Origin: Candidatus Poribacteria bacterium
Lineage (GTDB): Bacteria > Poribacteria > WGA-4E > PCPOR2b
Direction: 5' to 3'
Assembly: GCA_965208675.1 (NCBI GenBank)
Contig: OZ242351.1
Span: forward strand, 4,828,039-4,892,038
Length of the DNA stretch: 64,000 bases
Part shown: positions 62,486-64,000 of the stretch, piece after piece
Position numbering within the stretch: the first letter of the stretch is position 1
How the letters are laid out: the number at the start of each line of letters is the position of its first letter
Translations under genes and position numbers: made by a program
The notes under the pieces: model-generated
The model's database searches: none
What the model saw: only the letters and a program-made list of their open reading frames with translations
What the model was told of the DNA's origin: nothing

Positions 62486-63193
62486 TTGGGAAAAATTTCA
62501 ATGAGGTATTTTCTTTGCATATTTGCCTCCATATTGGGTTGTTTGGCTATGGGCTGTTCGGGTTTGGTAAGCAACTTGGTTACGCCGCAGGGATGGAGTG
62601 AAAACTATGCCGCACTTGACGGAACAACGTGTACTTACGTATTCCAAAATTCTGAGTATCCGGTGAATGAGATGATTGACGGAGATTTAGAAACCGGCAA
62701 CAAAGCCGGTCACCGCATTATTGTCAAACTGCCAACGCGCAAGGCGATCCACCGCGTTGTCCTCAGAGGCACAAATATTGAGGATGTAATTGTATACGAG
62801 GGGCTGGGCGGACTAGGCGGCCAAGGACATTGGAAGGTGGTTAAACGGCTGAAAAATAACCGCGAACCGACGCTAGATGTGCGAGTGCGGGCTGTTACGG
62901 ATAGAATTCGACTACAGGTTGGCGGGACATTCGACGATAAGCGGTTGCCGGGAATTCCTACAAAGAGCGGTACGATGAGAGGACGCCAAGTAAAGCGCGC
63001 GAATACGGTAATTCATGAAATTGAACTGTACGGATTGGCTGCGAAAAATGGCAAGCGCATCGAAAAAACGGTAAGCGCTGAAGAAAAAGAAGGGGCAGTT
63101 GAAGCGCAGACAGAATCTATAACGGAAGAAATGTCAGATGAATCGCCAACGGAAGAATTACAAGACATTGCGGAAGAATCGCCGGAGTTTTGA
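62486..63193 (+). CDS. Putative lipoprotein with discoidin/F5-8C-like domain and acidic tail
   Basis: Lipobox AMGC (likely start 62501), MIDGDLETG, TDRIRL, IHEIELYG. Confidence 0.65.
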   Translation: MGKISMRYFLCIFASILGCLAMGCSGLVSNLVTPQGWSENYAALDGTTCTYVFQNSEYPVNEMIDGDLETGNKAGHRIIVKLPTRKAIHRVVLRGTNIEDVIVYEGLGGLGGQGHWKVVKRLKNNREPTLDVRVRAVTDRIRLQVGGTFDDKRLPGIPTKSGTMRGRQVKRANTVIHEIELYGLAAKNGKRIEKTVSAEEKEGAVEAQTESITEEMSDESPTEELQDIAEESPEF

Positions 63194-63293
63194 ATAATCC
63201 CGTTCAATGACTCAAGGTTCTTCAATTCTGCACGGGGCATTACATTGTGCACTATAGGGCGCTCACTATCGACTCGATGTTATTGTCCACACG

Positions 63294-64000
63294 ATGTTAA
63301 AACTCAGTTTTCGCAAGCAACTTGGCAGTTTTAGGCTCGAAGTAGATTACACAATTACGGAAAAAGTCAGCACATTTTTTGGGGCCTCGGGCAGCGGAAA
63401 AAGTACACTGCTCAACTGTATCAGCGGAATCTTGCATCCGGATGAAGGGGGCATCTCCTTCCGGGGCCAGACGCTGTTTGATTTGAAGCGTAAGATACGG
63501 CTTCCTCCAGAGAAACGACGTTTCGGGTACATTTTTCAAGACGGACATCTCTTCCCGCATTTGACCGTCCGCCGAAATATCTTCTATGGATGCCGCCGTG
63601 AATTACGCAGTGAACGCAAGATACCGCGCTATCCTCATCAGCTTTCCGGCGGTGAGCGTCAGCGGGTTGCAACCGCGCGCGCCTTGGCTATGCGTCCGAA
63701 AATGTTATTGATGGATGAACCGTTAGCTTCCCTTGATTCCAGCTTAAAAAACCGCATCCTGCCTTATTTATACCATATCAAACAGGCTTTTGACATACCT
63801 ATTCTTTACGTGACTCACTCCGTTTCGGAGGCGATGGCGTTGGCGGATGAGGTGCTTTTGATGTCGGACGGCCGTATCATCGCACACGGCGAGCCGTACA
63901 AATTGTTGATGACCCCGTCGGCGTTGCCGATAGCACAGATTACGGGCGTTGAAAATGTGCTCTCATTACCGATTGCCGCGCTTCACGAACGGCGCGGCGT
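63294..64000 (+). CDS. modC: Molybdate ABC transporter ATP-binding protein (partial, runs off the window)
   Basis: Manual translation: FGASGSGKST, LPPEKRRFGYIFQDGHLFPHLTV, LSGGERQRV, LLMDEPLASLD, IPILYVTHS. Confidence 0.85.
   Translation, partial: MLKLSFRKQLGSFRLEVDYTITEKVSTFFGASGSGKSTLLNCISGILHPDEGGISFRGQTLFDLKRKIRLPPEKRRFGYIFQDGHLFPHLTVRRNIFYGCRRELRSERKIPRYPHQLSGGERQRVATARALAMRPKMLLMDEPLASLDSSLKNRILPYLYHIKQAFDIPILYVTHSVSEAMALADEVLLMSDGRIIAHGEPYKLLMTPSALPIAQITGVENVLSLPIAALHERRG

Overview
This 64 kb window is bacterial chromosome, almost certainly from Candidatus Poribacteria. The 16S gene matches the Poribacteria-specific 389f and 1130r primer sites (primer sequences recalled, not looked up), and the window encodes the LamG and LRR/Ig surface proteins typical of that phylum. 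Core content is a dipeptide ABC locus, a complete rrn operon (16S, tRNA-Ile, tRNA-Ala, 23S, 5S), folK, hom-lysC-yceD-rpmF-fabH-fabD-fabG-acpP-fabF, tRNA-Pro, pilD, an HtrA protease, ispE-tRNA-Gln-rplY...pth, argD, a Fur-family gene, ogt and a partial modC. There are three accessory regions. (1) A large secreted metallopeptidase/LRR/Ig gene, broken by one in-frame TAG, sits inside the dpp locus. (2) An island between folK and fabF carries four LamG proteins sharing a C-terminal motif, an OPT-like membrane protein and an amidohydrolase. (3) The 44.9-50.7 kb region holds an orphan, apparently intact terminase small/large pair next to the top finding, a ~2.03 kb element at 47775-49807. This element consists only of two translationally coupled DUF1670-like paralogues, bounded by inverted ends built as 13 bp arm / 9 bp spacer / 13 bp arm, with no target-site duplication. 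The C-terminal motif spacing of both proteins resembles the tyrosine-recombinase catalytic box. I infer a two-subunit, tyrosine-recombinase-like mobile element inserted into a palindromic target. All family assignments come from motif recognition by eye; no searches were run.
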